64,000 bases of DNA from Pelagomonas calceolata (taxonomy: Eukaryota): contig CAKKNE010000001.1 of assembly GCA_918797485.1 (NCBI GenBank), positions 2,232,001 to 2,296,000 on the forward strand. Direction: 5' to 3'. Numbering within the stretch: position 1 is the first letter of the stretch; each line of letters starts with the position of its first letter. Under the pieces are notes generated by a model that saw only the letters and a list, made by a program, of their open reading frames with translations, made no database searches and was not told where the DNA came from. A program made the position numbers and the translations under genes. Shown one piece after another: positions 44,466 to 55,911 of the stretch.

Positions 44466-45633
44466 TCACGCCGCCGCCGACGCGCAGCCTCGGGCGCCGC
44501 AGGGCGCGTCTAGTGCGTTCGCGGCGTCGACGTAGAGTGCATCAAAGTTCTCCGTGTGGCGGGCAATGGCGTTCGCGAAGGCGTCGATGTCCTTCTTGCG
44601 GATGATGCCCTCGCCCCGGTTCAGCACGGCGTCGGCCAGAGCCACGATGCGCTCGTGGTCTCTTCTATGAGAATTCACCGCGGACAAATCATCATCAGGA
44701 CTCCCACCGAACCGCGCCGCGACCATGAGCTCCTCCTCGTGCGTGGCGTGCTCCCTAAATTCATCCCGCGCAACCTGCAACGCGTCCCGCGACCGCGTCT
44801 CCCGCAACTCGGCCAGAGCTTGGCCGATCGCCGCGTGCTCGGCGTCCATACCAGCATGGCCGATCTTCTTCAGGTCACCATCAGGAGACGCCGACCGCGT
44901 CGGCGCGTCCACGACCAAATTCTCCCGCTTGAGCGCGATGGCCTGGCCGTCGACGACGACCGCGACGCGGCCCGCCTGGCGGACCTCCGGAGGCGTCTCG
45001 GTCACGATGCCTCTTCTACCATTAAAGGCGTCGTTCGACAGTCCTGTGAGTTCGACGGCACTACCGACCGGCAGCGCGTCGCCTCCCAATAGCACGGCTA
45101 ATTTGGCGTCGACGTCCCGAAATGCCACTTCCCCGTAATCCAACAGACTTTTGGTTTTGGTGGTCACGATGTTCCCGTCCCCGTCGACGACCACAAAGCC
45201 ACTACAACCCAACTGCAACGGTATCTGCGGGATGTCCGGCCCCTCGACGACGCAATTCGTCGCCGTATGTAAGTAGAGTCGCGCGAACTCCCTCGCGACA
45301 TACTCGCCTTCGACACACACACATGCGAAGACACAAGCCGCCCCGTGCGCGCGCTGCCAGAGCTCCATCTGCTGCGCGCAGGGGCGGCAGCCGCCTCAGC
45401 CACCATTATAAAAATGGAGGACCTGTGTGTGTTTCCGCGTCCGATGTCGGAGAACGCTCGGGGCGGAAGCGCGCCGGACGAAGCGCGCCGCGTCTTTTGG
45501 GCCGGACACGGCGCGAACGTACCAGGGGCCGGCCCGCCGCGAGGCCCTTGAGCGAGGTCTTCGCACCGAGGGCACCGCCGGCCAGCGGCTTGACCATGAA
45601 ATCAGGGAGCGGCTTGCCCACGAAGGACGCCAT
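44466..45633 (-). CDS. Selenoprotein: thioredoxin-fold (UGGC) + SH3-like + hemerythrin
   Basis: Exons 45633-45523 and 45422-44466, with in-frame TGA at 45396-45398 in VLHFYNGG-U-GGCRPC. Hemerythrin ligands DAEH, HATHEE, HRRDH and HTENFD. Confidence 0.85.
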
Positions 45634-45945
45634 CGCGCAGCGACGTCCGCGTCGAGGCGAACGGTTGTTGCGCCGCGTCCAGCGGTGCGCGGCTGGCACG
45701 CACGCTTATTGAGATGGTCGACAAGACCGGCTTGGCGCTTGCCGCTTTTTCCTAGTATCTTAGTCCGCTAGCTCGATCCTCCTCGACGCATGTCATCCAA
45801 GCTTTCGGTGTCCTACGAGAGCGCTCGAGGACGGGAATTCGAAGTCGAGGGACATGAGAACGATTGCCAGCCAGTAGGCGCGGCCCCGCGGGGTAGCTCC
45901 CAAGACGCCATCGACGCGCAGGTCTACAATCAATAGTTACAACAA

Positions 45946-46626
45946 TCAAATCCCGTAGCCCCCGTGCCGGCGGCCCTTGCCAGCCTTGACGCGCGGCGCG
46001 GACTTCCCGCCCGACGCCTTCTTCGGCGCGTGGCCGAATGCTCCCGCGAGTTCCTTGGCCAGGGCCTTCGCCGCCGCGCGGTCGGGGGCCTGCCACGCGA
46101 CCTCGTAGCGCGGCAGCTGGTGGATCGGCCGCGCTTCATCCTCCACGATTTCCTCCGACTCGCCGACGTCGACAGACGCGCATGGCGTAGGCAGCGCCCG
46201 CACCGCAGCCGCGACCTCCAGGACGTCCGGTCGCCGCAACGGCGAGAGGTCGACGACGACCAAATCGACATCAGTACCTTTCTGCACGGAGATCGACGGA
46301 AGAGCGACGGCGTCGCACCAGTTGCGCCACGTGTTCAACAACGGCGCGTCGCGTCGTTCTTTCCGCCACGCGCTACCGGCCACCTCGACGTACCCGCGGG
46401 CCTTCGCGCGGTCGTACTCCGCGCGCTCGGCCTCGTTCAGTCGGTGCGGCGTGCCCCGGCTGCCGACGCCCTTCTTCTTGGACGGCTTGCCCCAACTGAT
46501 GCGGTCGACGTCGTCTCTGGATGGTCTGATTTTTTTGGCGGCGTTCGCGGCGAAGAGCGGCGTCGACGTCGTCAGGGCTCGTGCGAGCGACGCCGTGTGG
46601 AGGAGGATTGCCGTTCGGCGTAGCAT
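45946..46626 (-). CDS. Organelle-targeted hypothetical protein
   Basis: Signal/transit-like N-terminus and a conserved-looking core GSRGTPHRLN...PLLNTWRNWCDA. Confidence 0.7.
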   Translation of the reverse strand: MLRRTAILLHTASLARALTTSTPLFAANAAKKIRPSRDDVDRISWGKPSKKKGVGSRGTPHRLNEAERAEYDRAKARGYVEVAGSAWRKERRDAPLLNTWRNWCDAVALPSISVQKGTDVDLVVVDLSPLRRPDVLEVAAAVRALPTPCASVDVGESEEIVEDEARPIHQLPRYEVAWQAPDRAAAKALAKELAGAFGHAPKKASGGKSAPRVKAGKGRRHGGYGI

Positions 46627-47172
46627 GTTTGCACTCTGCTGACTTGTGCAGCAGGCTGGCTCTGCAAAAGACCAGTGTTGTGCAACGACGCTTTCTCACC
46701 AGTGCGCGATTGTTGGTAGGTCGCTGCAACGCTTGCTAATATTCACGTCGTGAGCTTATATGCGGCGGGAGAGGCGCTCTATTGTGCCAGCCAAGCAGAG
46801 GCACCAAGGCTTGAGGTCCCTAGCGTCGCGGCCGCCAGGACGCGTCCAAAGCTCGTAGCACGGCTCCAAAGTGACGCTCAAGCGACCGAAGGGTAGTGAA
46901 ACACATACTAGTCTTAGTCGAGATTTTGGTAAACTGAGGTCAAATCGCTCCGTTATTCAGCACCGCTGGACGCGGGACAAGGTACGTTTCCTACTTGATC
47001 GCTGCGCTGCGATAAGCGGCGTAACGCAACCCTACGCCGCAGCAATACCGCCTCACATCGCTAAGGCCCATACAGCTGCGGCTGGTTTTCTTCGCTGCGA
47101 GCGCGAGCAATAACACACATCGACGCCGTCGCCGCGCCGCCGCCGCGTCACCTCCGTTTCCCGTAGGCCACG

Positions 47173-47481
47173 ATGAGCGCGAAGGGAGCGAAAATTTTCA
47201 AGACCAAATGTAGTCAATGCCACACCGTCGAGTCCGGCGGCGCGCACAAGCAGGGGCCGAACCTCCACGGCATCTTCGGGCGGCAGTCCGGCCAGGCCAC
47301 GGGCTACTCCTTCTCGGACGCGAACAAGAACAGTGGGATCATCTGGGGGGAAGACACGCTGTTCGACTATTTGTTGGCCCCCAAGAAGTACATTAAAGGC
47401 ACGAAGATGGTCTTCGCGGGCATCAAGAAGCCGAAGGAGCGCAAGGAGCTCATCGCGTACCTGAAAGATGCCTGTGCATAG
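47173..47481 (+). CDS. CYCS: Mitochondrial cytochrome c
   Basis: CSQCH, GPNLHG and [14 protein letters not shown]. Confidence 0.97.
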   Translation: MSAKGAKIFKTKCSQCHTVESGGAHKQGPNLHGIFGRQSGQATGYSFSDANKNSGIIWGEDTLFDYLLAPKKYIKGTKMVFAGIKKPKERKELIAYLKDACA

Positions 47482-47764
47482 ACGTCGCGTCCCCTCTAAG
47501 GTTTATCTTGTGTCCACTAGCTTGTGCACGTATCGATCGGAGACTACTTCGCGTCGACTGGCGCGCTCGGCGCCTGCCTGCCGTTGCAGTGCCTAAAGCA
47601 CGGGTGTTCTGAAACCCGCATCCGGACGCGTCCACGTTGGCCGAAACCGCTCTGCCGCGTTTGCGGTTGCGGAGCCGCTCTTGGCGGGCTCTCTTCGAAT
47701 GCTTCCCGTATGCGCGTATTATTCTAGGTCCGCGCGGTGGCGTTTACGCCGTCTGATTTGAATG

Positions 47765-47787
47765 CTAGTGTCTTACTGGACGCTAGC
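47765..47787 (+). promoter_or_regulatory. Bipartite motif CTAGTGTCTTAC-N4-CGCTAGC
   Basis: Upstream of the dihydroorotase gene, co-oriented. Confidence 0.6.
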
Positions 47788-47941
47788 TACAAAGACCTGC
47801 TTGCTCGCAAACTGCGGGTTGTAGCACAGGAAACGCTCGCTGTGGCACCTCGGCTGCGCTGCGGATCACTGCCGCCCCCCTCGCCAACGCTGCGATCACT
47901 TGAGCTCCCCGCGCCACCGCTGCGATCGCTCTCCCTGCAAA

Positions 47942-49018
47942 ATGGCGGAGCAGCTCCAAACCCTAACGCTAGCGAGACCCGACGACTGGCACCACCACCT
48001 GAGGGACGGCGCGGCCCTCGCGACGACCGTGCCCTTCGCGGCGCGGACCTATGGAAGGGCCATCTGCATGCCCAATTTGGTCCCTCCCGTCACGACGGCG
48101 GCGCTAGCCGTCGCTTATAAAGAGCGAATAATGAAACATGTGCCCAAGGGTTCTTCTTTTGAACCGCTCATGACGTTGTATTTGACAGATAGTACGTCGC
48201 CGCAAGACATCAAGGACGCGAAGGCGTCCGGTGTGGTGGTAGCTTGCAAGCTCTACCCGAAAGGCGCCACCACCAATAGTCATGGAGGCGTCAGCGATAT
48301 TAAAAAAATATGGAAGACGTTGGATGCCATGGAGGAGTGTGGATTGCTACTTTTAGTGCACGGCGAGGCGACGGGCTCCGTCGACGTCTTTGAGCGAGAA
48401 CGGTCCTTCCTCGAATCGACCTTCAAGCCCCTCGTTTTATCTAGACCTGGTCTCCGCATAGTCCTGGAGCACTGCACGACGGCCGAAGCGGCGGCATTCG
48501 TGCAGAGCGGTCCCCCGAACGTTTGTGCTTCTGTCACGCCGCAACACTTATTATTCAATAGGAACCACATGTTGGCGGGTGGCATCAAGCCGCACCTCTA
48601 CTGCATGCCCATTTTGAAGGCGGAAGAAGACAGGGCGTTTCTGGTCAAGGCCGTGACCGCACCAGGACAGAAGAAGTTCTTCCTGGGCACGGATTCGGCG
48701 CCGCACGAAGTCGGGAACAAGCACTCAGCGTGCGGGTGTGCGGGTGTGTTCTCCGCGCATGCATCGCTCGAATTTTATGCCGAGGTTTTTGAAGACGCGG
48801 GCTGCTTGGAACGACTCGAAGCCTTCTCCTCACAAAATGGAGCGGACTTTTATGGGTTTGCGCGGAACACGGAGACGGTGGTGCTAAAACGGGAAACGTG
48901 GACGCCGCCGGCCGCGTACCCGTTCGCCGGTGGTAGATTAGTGCCGTTACGGGCGGGCGAGACAATACGCTGGAAGCTCCAGGAGAGGGAGCCCGGGTTT
49001 TGCGCGTCGTGTAAGTAG
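47942..49018 (+). CDS. pyrC: Dihydroorotase (homodimeric type II)
   Basis: PDDWHHHLRDG, MPNLVPP, KLYPKGATTNS, HGE, LEHCTT and GTDSAPH. Confidence 0.95.
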   Translation: MAEQLQTLTLARPDDWHHHLRDGAALATTVPFAARTYGRAICMPNLVPPVTTAALAVAYKERIMKHVPKGSSFEPLMTLYLTDSTSPQDIKDAKASGVVVACKLYPKGATTNSHGGVSDIKKIWKTLDAMEECGLLLLVHGEATGSVDVFERERSFLESTFKPLVLSRPGLRIVLEHCTTAEAAAFVQSGPPNVCASVTPQHLLFNRNHMLAGGIKPHLYCMPILKAEEDRAFLVKAVTAPGQKKFFLGTDSAPHEVGNKHSACGCAGVFSAHASLEFYAEVFEDAGCLERLEAFSSQNGADFYGFARNTETVVLKRETWTPPAAYPFAGGRLVPLRAGETIRWKLQEREPGFCASCK

Positions 49019-49259
49019 GTATTGTGCTTGCCGCGGCGATGGCGTCTTTTTGTCGTGAGTCTCGTATATCCGTTGCGCCGAACTTGCGGTGTTAGGACTA
49101 TTGGGAGGAACCCGGCGCGCGGAGAGCCCTCCACGCCGTCGACGACGTCATTTGATTTCTGTTTACACGGATAGGGAGTGTGGCGTAAAAATAGGGTTGG
49201 GTGCATGTTCATAGGATTCGGGAGATATGTTCACCATAGGATTCCGGGGGGTGTGATTT

Positions 49260-50179
49260 TCACGAGAAGGACGCCTGCGGGTCCGCCGGGAGCGCCTCCT
49301 TGACGGGCTCCGGGCTCTCGGCCGGGTCGAGCCACGCCGTGCCGGCCTTGAACGTCACGTTCTGGACGCTCTGGAAGGCCACGAAGCCCAGGGCCGTGGA
49401 CGTGCCGGCTTTGGCGACGCCGAGGAGGTCCGAGTCGAAGTCCTCGACGCCGACGATCGGGCGCAGAAAGTTGCCCTCGCCGCCGAGGTAGGCGACGTCG
49501 GTGCCGACGAAAAAGGACGACGCCCCTCCAATAGCCATCGACAAATACGCATCGGTGGCGAAGTTCGCGCTGTCGCAGTCGGGCACCCAGGGCATGACGG
49601 CGCGGCCCACGCGCAAGCCCGTCAGGAAGGCACCTCCACACCCGACGGCCGTCATGCCAGCGACGGCCTCGAAGGGCAACTTCTCGGACGCCTGCAGGGC
49701 GTTGACCAGCGGCTGCCACAGAGCTCCGGAGCAGACCGCCGCGCTTCCTAACCAGACGCCTACTCCGGCTTGCTCGCCCATGTCGATGGTCGGGTCCGCG
49801 ACGGCCTTCTTGACGGCGTAGTAGCCCGTGTGGCCCGCGGCGACGGCGATGCCGTCTCCCACGCCCGTCGTGAGGGCGAACGACGCACTGTCCGCCGCGA
49901 AGCCGAGCTTGTCCGCGTAGAGCGACGCCGCCTGCCAGCCGGCGCCCGCGGGGAAGATCTTGGAGATTGTGACCTCGAGGGTCGTGGCCTGCGACGAGTG
50001 CGGTGTGTGAGTGAGATAAGTTTTTCCCGCCGGCTCGTTCCAGGAACGCGGCGTAGACTCTCCCCGCGCGTGGACGGCATAATGAGGGCTTTAGTCCACG
50101 GGCCGCGACCGTTTCGATAGTTTTGAAGGCGTCGCTTGAAAAATTGCGCCGGGCGGCGTACGAAGCGTGCAGCCAACAT
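49260..50179 (-). CDS. Conserved hydrophobic membrane protein of unknown function
   Basis: Exons 50179-50162 and 49988-49260 give MLAARF|ATTLEVTISKIFPAGAGWQ... Confidence 0.75.
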
Positions 50180-50451
50180 GATGCTGTAAGTTCTAAAGCT
50201 GGTTTTTTATGTGCAGAGGGTGACGCAACGACCAGTTTTTTTGTCTGGGTGCGATCTCTAGGTGAAAACAGAACGACGCAAATGCGTGTGTGATATAGCG
50301 GTGCGTCGGCGCGTCCAATTTTGGAGGCCAAAGCTCATGCGTAAGCGCTTCCTAATTCGCGGCAATCCGCTGCCTGAACACTCTTAGTGAGATGCGTGCG
50401 TGGGCCGGACCCTTCATAATCGCGTCGCGAGACAGCTCGCTCCGGGGTTGA

Positions 50452-50473
50452 GCTAGCGGTCGTAAGACACTAG
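50452..50473 (-). promoter_or_regulatory. Bipartite motif CTAGTGTCTTAC-N3-CGCTAGC
   Basis: In a divergent intergenic region, oriented toward the gene starting at 50179. Confidence 0.55.
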
Positions 50474-50678
50474 AAAGCGGAGCTTGGGAGCTTGAGGGCA
50501 AAACTGCGCCGCAGGACTCGCATACGACCCCGTGGCCGCAGTTAGAGTACCCAACCGAAAGCGCTAATACCAGATTTGGCGTGCTCAGCTCCGCATTCGC
50601 CCTAGCTGCCGCTTGCTCTCGGGAGACCAAAAAAGCTCTCTTTGACCAACGCGGCGCACACGCCCTCGACGCGCAGCC

Positions 50679-51557
50679 ATGAAGCTCCTCATCTGCGCGC
50701 TCCTCGCCGCAACAACAAATGCAATAAGAAACGGTCACCCGCGGCCCATGCCGCGTTCGCAGCCGACGACGCTCGAGACCTTGCTTGGACGCGACCCTTA
50801 CAGCATCATAGATGTGAGAGGAGGCGGCATCTTCGACGACCCTGATGAGGAACCGGAAGAAGACGACGTCGACGCGCGCATGCGGAGCGGCATGCAGAAG
50901 GCCGTCGCGATGATGAGAGGTGTTGGGAGTGAGGGCGCGGCGATCGACGCGCTCGAAGCGTTGGCCAATGATCCCAGCGCCGAGGCGCCGCAACTCATAA
51001 AGTGCTACTTGGATGCGCGATTGCACCAGTCGCAGGAGCTCAAGAGCTTCCAGGGCGACCATTATCTTGTAGCACTGAGGCAGCTCGCAAATGAGGCTCT
51101 AGCGTTCAAGGCCTCCACGCAACTATCCGAGGAGGCCTACGATGCATTCCTGAAGCAACTGAGCGACGAGGCCGGCTTTAAGAGTGCTGCGGACTTCGAA
51201 AAAGATGTGAGGGATCGGAGTTCCTTGCAGGTCCAAGAGCTCTTGGAGGTCTTGGCCGAGGACGGCAACTTCGTGGCCATCGCTTTACGAAGAGTCGAGG
51301 AGAAGGTGCCCGGTCTCGAAGCGGATTTGAAGGAGGATTTGGCGCGCGGCGACGACGCGGCGGTCGCCGCCAATCGAGCGCAACTAGAACAGTTGAGAGC
51401 GTGGCAGAAGGACTCGGCGCCTCTCGAAAAACTGCGCCAGGAATTGCTCGCGCAACTCGAGAACGCCGAGGACCCGATCCAGCGCGTGCGCCTGGCGGAG
51501 TCGCTGCGGCCGGTGGTGACGAACGTGCTGGGCGACGACTTCTCGTCCGCGGAGTAA
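50679..51557 (+). CDS. Signal-peptide helical hypothetical protein
   Basis: Starts MKLLICALLAATTNA, followed by an acidic helical body. Confidence 0.7.
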   Translation: MKLLICALLAATTNAIRNGHPRPMPRSQPTTLETLLGRDPYSIIDVRGGGIFDDPDEEPEEDDVDARMRSGMQKAVAMMRGVGSEGAAIDALEALANDPSAEAPQLIKCYLDARLHQSQELKSFQGDHYLVALRQLANEALAFKASTQLSEEAYDAFLKQLSDEAGFKSAADFEKDVRDRSSLQVQELLEVLAEDGNFVAIALRRVEEKVPGLEADLKEDLARGDDAAVAANRAQLEQLRAWQKDSAPLEKLRQELLAQLENAEDPIQRVRLAESLRPVVTNVLGDDFSSAE

Positions 51558-51631
51558 AGATGTAGTTTCTCGTCGCGTCGTCGGTCGTTGGGCGGTGACG
51601 GACTCGGATCGAAAATTATGCACAGTTAAGG

Positions 51632-52264
51632 TTAACGGCGGCGGCGCACGAGGGCGATCGCCGCGACGGCCGCGACCGCGACGGCCGCGTAGAGGAGGTA
51701 CGGCCGGTCGCTGGGAGGAGGCGGCGGCGGCGGCGCGTCCTTCTTGATCCAGGGGCACGGCCCGCCGTCCGCGCAGCTCTCGAGCGTCGCCTTCGCGGTG
51801 CTCTCGGCCCGCGACTTCTCGACGAAGGCCCGCAGCTCGTCGCAGACCGGCTCCGAGATCGTGTTGAAGTCGATCGTCACCTCGGCCCCGTTCTCGGGCT
51901 GCCGTTTCAGCACGATCTTCACGACGTCGTTCAGGCACTCCGGCGGGAGCTTGGACACGTCGACGCTCAGCGCCTGGCGCATGCCCACGTCCCAGCGCTG
52001 CATCGTCGGCAGCGGTCGCAGGAAAGCGGACCGCTGCGCCGGCGCGTCCGTCTTTTCCGGCGTGACGCGCGGCGCCGGCGAAGCACTAGCGTCGCGCACG
52101 GCCTCAGCGCGCGCGGCCAGCGCCTTTTCAACCGCTGCGTCCAGCCAGGCCGGTTGTGCAGGTGATAACCAGTCGCCTCGTGCGCGCGCGGCAGACGGCG
52201 AGGCGTTGCGTGTGGGTGCGGTGGTGTTAGGAGTTGCTGACCAGCCGGCTGGCCACGATCTCAT
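51632..52264 (-). CDS. NET/ET-domain-like protein with C-terminal tail anchor
   Basis: RQALSVDVSKLPPECLNDVVKIV...EVTIDFNTIS...ELRAFV, ending YLLYAAVAVAAVAAIALVRRRR. Confidence 0.65.
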   Translation of the reverse strand: MRSWPAGWSATPNTTAPTRNASPSAARARGDWLSPAQPAWLDAAVEKALAARAEAVRDASASPAPRVTPEKTDAPAQRSAFLRPLPTMQRWDVGMRQALSVDVSKLPPECLNDVVKIVLKRQPENGAEVTIDFNTISEPVCDELRAFVEKSRAESTAKATLESCADGGPCPWIKKDAPPPPPPPSDRPYLLYAAVAVAAVAAIALVRRRR

Positions 52265-52372
52265 CAATTCGCGTGATTAGATGCGATTTTAGGCCGCTGT
52301 GCGCGATGCCCTTAGCGGCGTTTTGCAAGCCAGCCACCGCAGGCATAACCATTGAACAAAGCGGATTGCACG

Positions 52373-53020
52373 ATGAGACGTGTCAGGGCAACGCTCTTAG
52401 CCCTGCTGCAAGCAGTCCACTGCTTCGCGCCGCGGCGCCTGCACCAGCCACACTCTCCTGCAACCAAGGGCTGCACGCGGCGACGACGACGGCTGTCCGC
52501 CACCAACGAGGATGTCCTTGAGGCGATAAAAGCTCTCAGCGCTCGCATTGATACGCTGGCCGCCGACGTCGAACAACTGAAGTCGGCCCGCGTCGACGGC
52601 CTCGAGGCGGAGCTAGAACGACTACGAACAGCACCACCCGCACCAATGACGACGGCGGAGGCGCTGCGGACGCCACCAGAACCCAGGACATCCGCGCGCA
52701 CGGCGCCTGGCCTCAACGCCGCTCTATCGGCGCGGGCGGCGTTGGGCGCGGTCCGCGGGCAGGCGCCCGCGACGTCGCCGGCGCTGCGGCGCGCGGCCAC
52801 GACCTACGACGCCGACGAGGTCGAGGAGCTGGGCGGCGAGGCCTTCTTCTTCGAGGGCGGCGGCGGCAAGAACGACGAGTTCCTCGACGACGAGATGGAG
52901 GAGCTCCTCGCGATCGGCGGCGACCCCACGTTCCTCGAGCAGGCGCGAGGGGGTAGCGGCGAGTTCGAGTGGGACGGCGTCGAGGACGACGCCGCGCACT
53001 TCGACGACCCCGTCGACTAA
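52373..53020 (+). CDS. Plastid-targeted hypothetical protein
   Basis: Starts MRRVRATLLALLQAVHCFAP, with a coiled coil and acidic C-terminus EWDGVEDDAAHFD. Confidence 0.7.
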   Translation: MRRVRATLLALLQAVHCFAPRRLHQPHSPATKGCTRRRRRLSATNEDVLEAIKALSARIDTLAADVEQLKSARVDGLEAELERLRTAPPAPMTTAEALRTPPEPRTSARTAPGLNAALSARAALGAVRGQAPATSPALRRAATTYDADEVEELGGEAFFFEGGGGKNDEFLDDEMEELLAIGGDPTFLEQARGGSGEFEWDGVEDDAAHFDDPVD

Positions 53021-53082
53021 TTTCTACAGGTATAGTTCACTTAACACTAGGAGCTTGAGGCGTAGCGGGCCGCGGGCGCGCA

Positions 53083-55397
53083 CTAGTCGTCGCCCCAGAA
53101 GAAGGCCGCGTCGTCGGCTTCAGCCTTCGCGGCCAGCAAGCCCATGGCTTTTCGGAGCGTGTCCCGTGTCGCTGCATCTAACAGTAAATCGGCCCATCCG
53201 TCGTCCTCGAGGACGACCTCGAGCGTCTCGACGTCGCGGACCTCCTCGCGGAACAACGCGTAGCGCGCCAGCTGCGACACGCCGCAGTCCCGGCACAGAT
53301 CTCGCAAGTCCTTGGCCAGCGCCGCGTCGGCGCGCGCCGCCTCGGCCCGGACCAGGGCCTCCACGATATCATCAGCAATCAAATCGACGGCGCAATTGGC
53401 CGCGCTCGTCGCGCTGTTCTCGGTCTCGCGCGCTTTCACCGCGTCGCGGATCTTGCGCGCCTCGTGCATGCGCGCGTCTAACTTGTCGATGGCCTCGTCG
53501 GCGATGTCGCGCCAGGCTTGCGACGCGGCACCATCATCTCGAGCCTTCGCGACCATCTTGCGGGCGGAACGTAAGGACGCGAGGTCGTCTCTGCTCTTGC
53601 CGGCCATCTGGCAGGCCTGCGCGATGGCGTTGTCCGCCTCCTTGGCGGCCTTGAACGCTCGAGCGGCGGCGGCCTGGCGCACGCGCGCCGTTTTTACTTG
53701 GGGCATCTTGGCGTTCTGCGTCGCGCACACCTGTGTGGAAATCAAATTCGGACGCCCCGCCCTCGATGGCGTGGGGGTAACCTAACTCACTGGTTGATTT
53801 CCACACAGACACAGACGGTAGCGTGGCGCGCCGCCGCCGCGACGGCTTTCGCCGCGCGTTGCGAGGCGTAGGAGGCCACGAGGAGGGCATCGTCCGCCGC
53901 AACCGTACGCGACGAGACCACTTCGCAGCGCAACCACTGCAGCTGGAAGCCGCCCCGGCCGTCGGCCACGAGGAAGTCTTGCTTGCCGCAGGGCGGAGCC
54001 CCGACACATACGGTGGTCGACGTGGCCCAGCCCCGCGCCTCGGAAGCTTCGTAGGCCGACCAGTCCCCGATTATCCAGGCCCAGGTGCCTTCTTTCTTCG
54101 CCACGAAGAGGTGGGCGCCCTTTGAGCTAAATAGTGGAGGTCTCGTCGCTTTCCGAGCCGCGCGGTACAAGCCGTTGACCTTCTCCGCTCTTGGACCGCG
54201 CGCACCGGACACGACGATGGCGGCGCAGGCCTCCCGCGCGGCGAGCGTCGCCCAGAGCGCGTCGGCGGCGGCGTCAGCGGCCTTGTTGGCCGCGGCGCGC
54301 TTCTCGAGCCAGCCCTTGCGGTCGCTCTTGCGGCGCTTCTCGTTTTCCCTCGCTCTAGCCTTGCGCTCGGCCTCGCGGCGCTTCTTCCGCTGCAGGCGCT
54401 TCTCCTCGGCGAAAAGGAGCTCGCCCGCGAGCGCCGCGGCGGCACGTTTCCGCGCCTGGGGCCGCCGCGCGCGCCAGGCCCGCTGCCAGAGCACGACGGC
54501 GTTGCGGCCGCGCCGCTGCGCCGCCCGACGTTTTTTCGCCGCGAGCCGCTTCTTGGCTAACATAACGCGGCAGAAGCGCTGGAGGTACGCGACGTAGAAG
54601 CCGCGCCGAAACATGTGAGCCCGAAAGCAGCGCTGGAGCGGCCAGGCGCACATGTGCGAGTCGGCTCGTTCCGCGGCTTCATCCGCCGCCTCCGAGGCCC
54701 GCGTCGCCGCGTCCAGCGCATCACATGCGCACTGGTGCGCCTTCCGCACCGCCCGCCGCAGCCCGATGACGCCGGGGACGCGCGACGCGCGCTGCACGAC
54801 GAGCGCGGCGCGCGTGACGGCCACGAATCTACGAGCGCACCGCACGCGGCCGACGCTCGCCAACCGCGTCGCCGCGTCGCGCCGCATGACCGCGGTCCAG
54901 ACCTTGCGGCATTGCGTCTCCTCCTTGCGCATCGCGCGGAGCTCCCGGGACCGCGCGTCGGCCTCGCGGCGCGCTAATTGGGCCGCCGCGTCGCGCGACG
55001 CCCGGGCGGCCTTGCGCCGGGCGTCCTGCTCCTCGCGCATGCGGCGCTTGGCGTCTCTCGCCTCTGACGCGGACGGGACGCTCGGATAGGCCGTTTCGAT
55101 CTTCCGCGTCTTGCGTCTGCGCGTGCGCCACCAGCCGACGAGCTTCGAGATGAGGACGATACAAACAAGGGTAAACGCGAGCGACATCGCCGCGTCGCCG
55201 GCGCCGCGCAGCTGCTTTGCGCCGTAGTTGCTCTTCTTCGTACTTCGCTTCTTGTGGAGCATGCTCCGGAAGAACTCCAATTGGTCGCCGCCATAATAAC
55301 CCGCCGGCACGGTCGCCGTTCCTAAATAGGTGTCCGACGCGTCGTAGACGGGGAAGTCGTCGCCCGGCAGGTAGCCGTGCGGGATGGTGATCCACAT
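53083..55397 (-). CDS. Single-pass basic coiled-coil protein with IQ-like motifs and SAM-like C-terminus
   Basis: Two ORFs joined by intron 53731-53816. TM LAFTLVCIVLISKLVGWW; IQ-like LQRCFRAH, LQRFCRV and WQRAWRAR. Confidence 0.65.
53731..53808 (+). mobile_element. Introner element in reverse orientation relative to its host gene
   Basis: Perfect TIRs CTGTGTGGAAATCAA / TTGATTTCCACACAG. The TSD is eroded (GCGCACAC/ACACAGAC). Confidence 0.9.
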
Positions 55398-55617
55398 TTT
55401 TGCTGTTTTGAGGTTCGGCGCGCTCCTCACGGACGCGGCTGCTGATTTGACCACAAAGCTCTCCGGGCACTCAATCAGCCTGTGGCGCACGCGACACGCC
55501 ACCGCTCGCAGGCGCAGTGCAAGCAGCTCTAAGGACCTTGCTGTCGCGTTCTAAACCAGCTAATGCCAGGCGCAAGCCCGCGCTCTGGCCGAGGCCGATC
55601 TGACCACTAATCCCGAG

Positions 55618-55639
55618 GCTAGCGCCTGTAAGACACTAG
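55618..55639 (-). promoter_or_regulatory. Bipartite motif CTAGTGTCTTAC-N3-CGCTAGC
   Basis: Upstream of the ATG at 55397, co-oriented. Confidence 0.55.
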
Positions 55640-55911
55640 CAATCCGCGGAGACTCGCGGTGTCTCCCCCCCAGGGGCTCCGCCCACTAGTCCTAGCACCG
55701 TAACATCGACTTTCCTTACGATACTATCACTACGACTTTGCCCACCCCGGACCTATATATAAGTTATCTTATTGCTATGTGTTGCCAGTGGCACTGATGG
55801 GGGAAGGAGAGGTCGAGAGCACAGCGGACGCATGGAACTTGGAAGCGCACTGACTCCAGAGACCAGAGGAACGAGGGAAGTGGATGAATTGCGCGACTCG
55901 GCTGCGTGTGC

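Noticed and set aside
44466..44468. Second TGA as another selenocysteine codon
   Set aside because: It lies very close to the SECIS, follows a low-complexity tail, and a TAG follows two codons later. It is treated as the stop.
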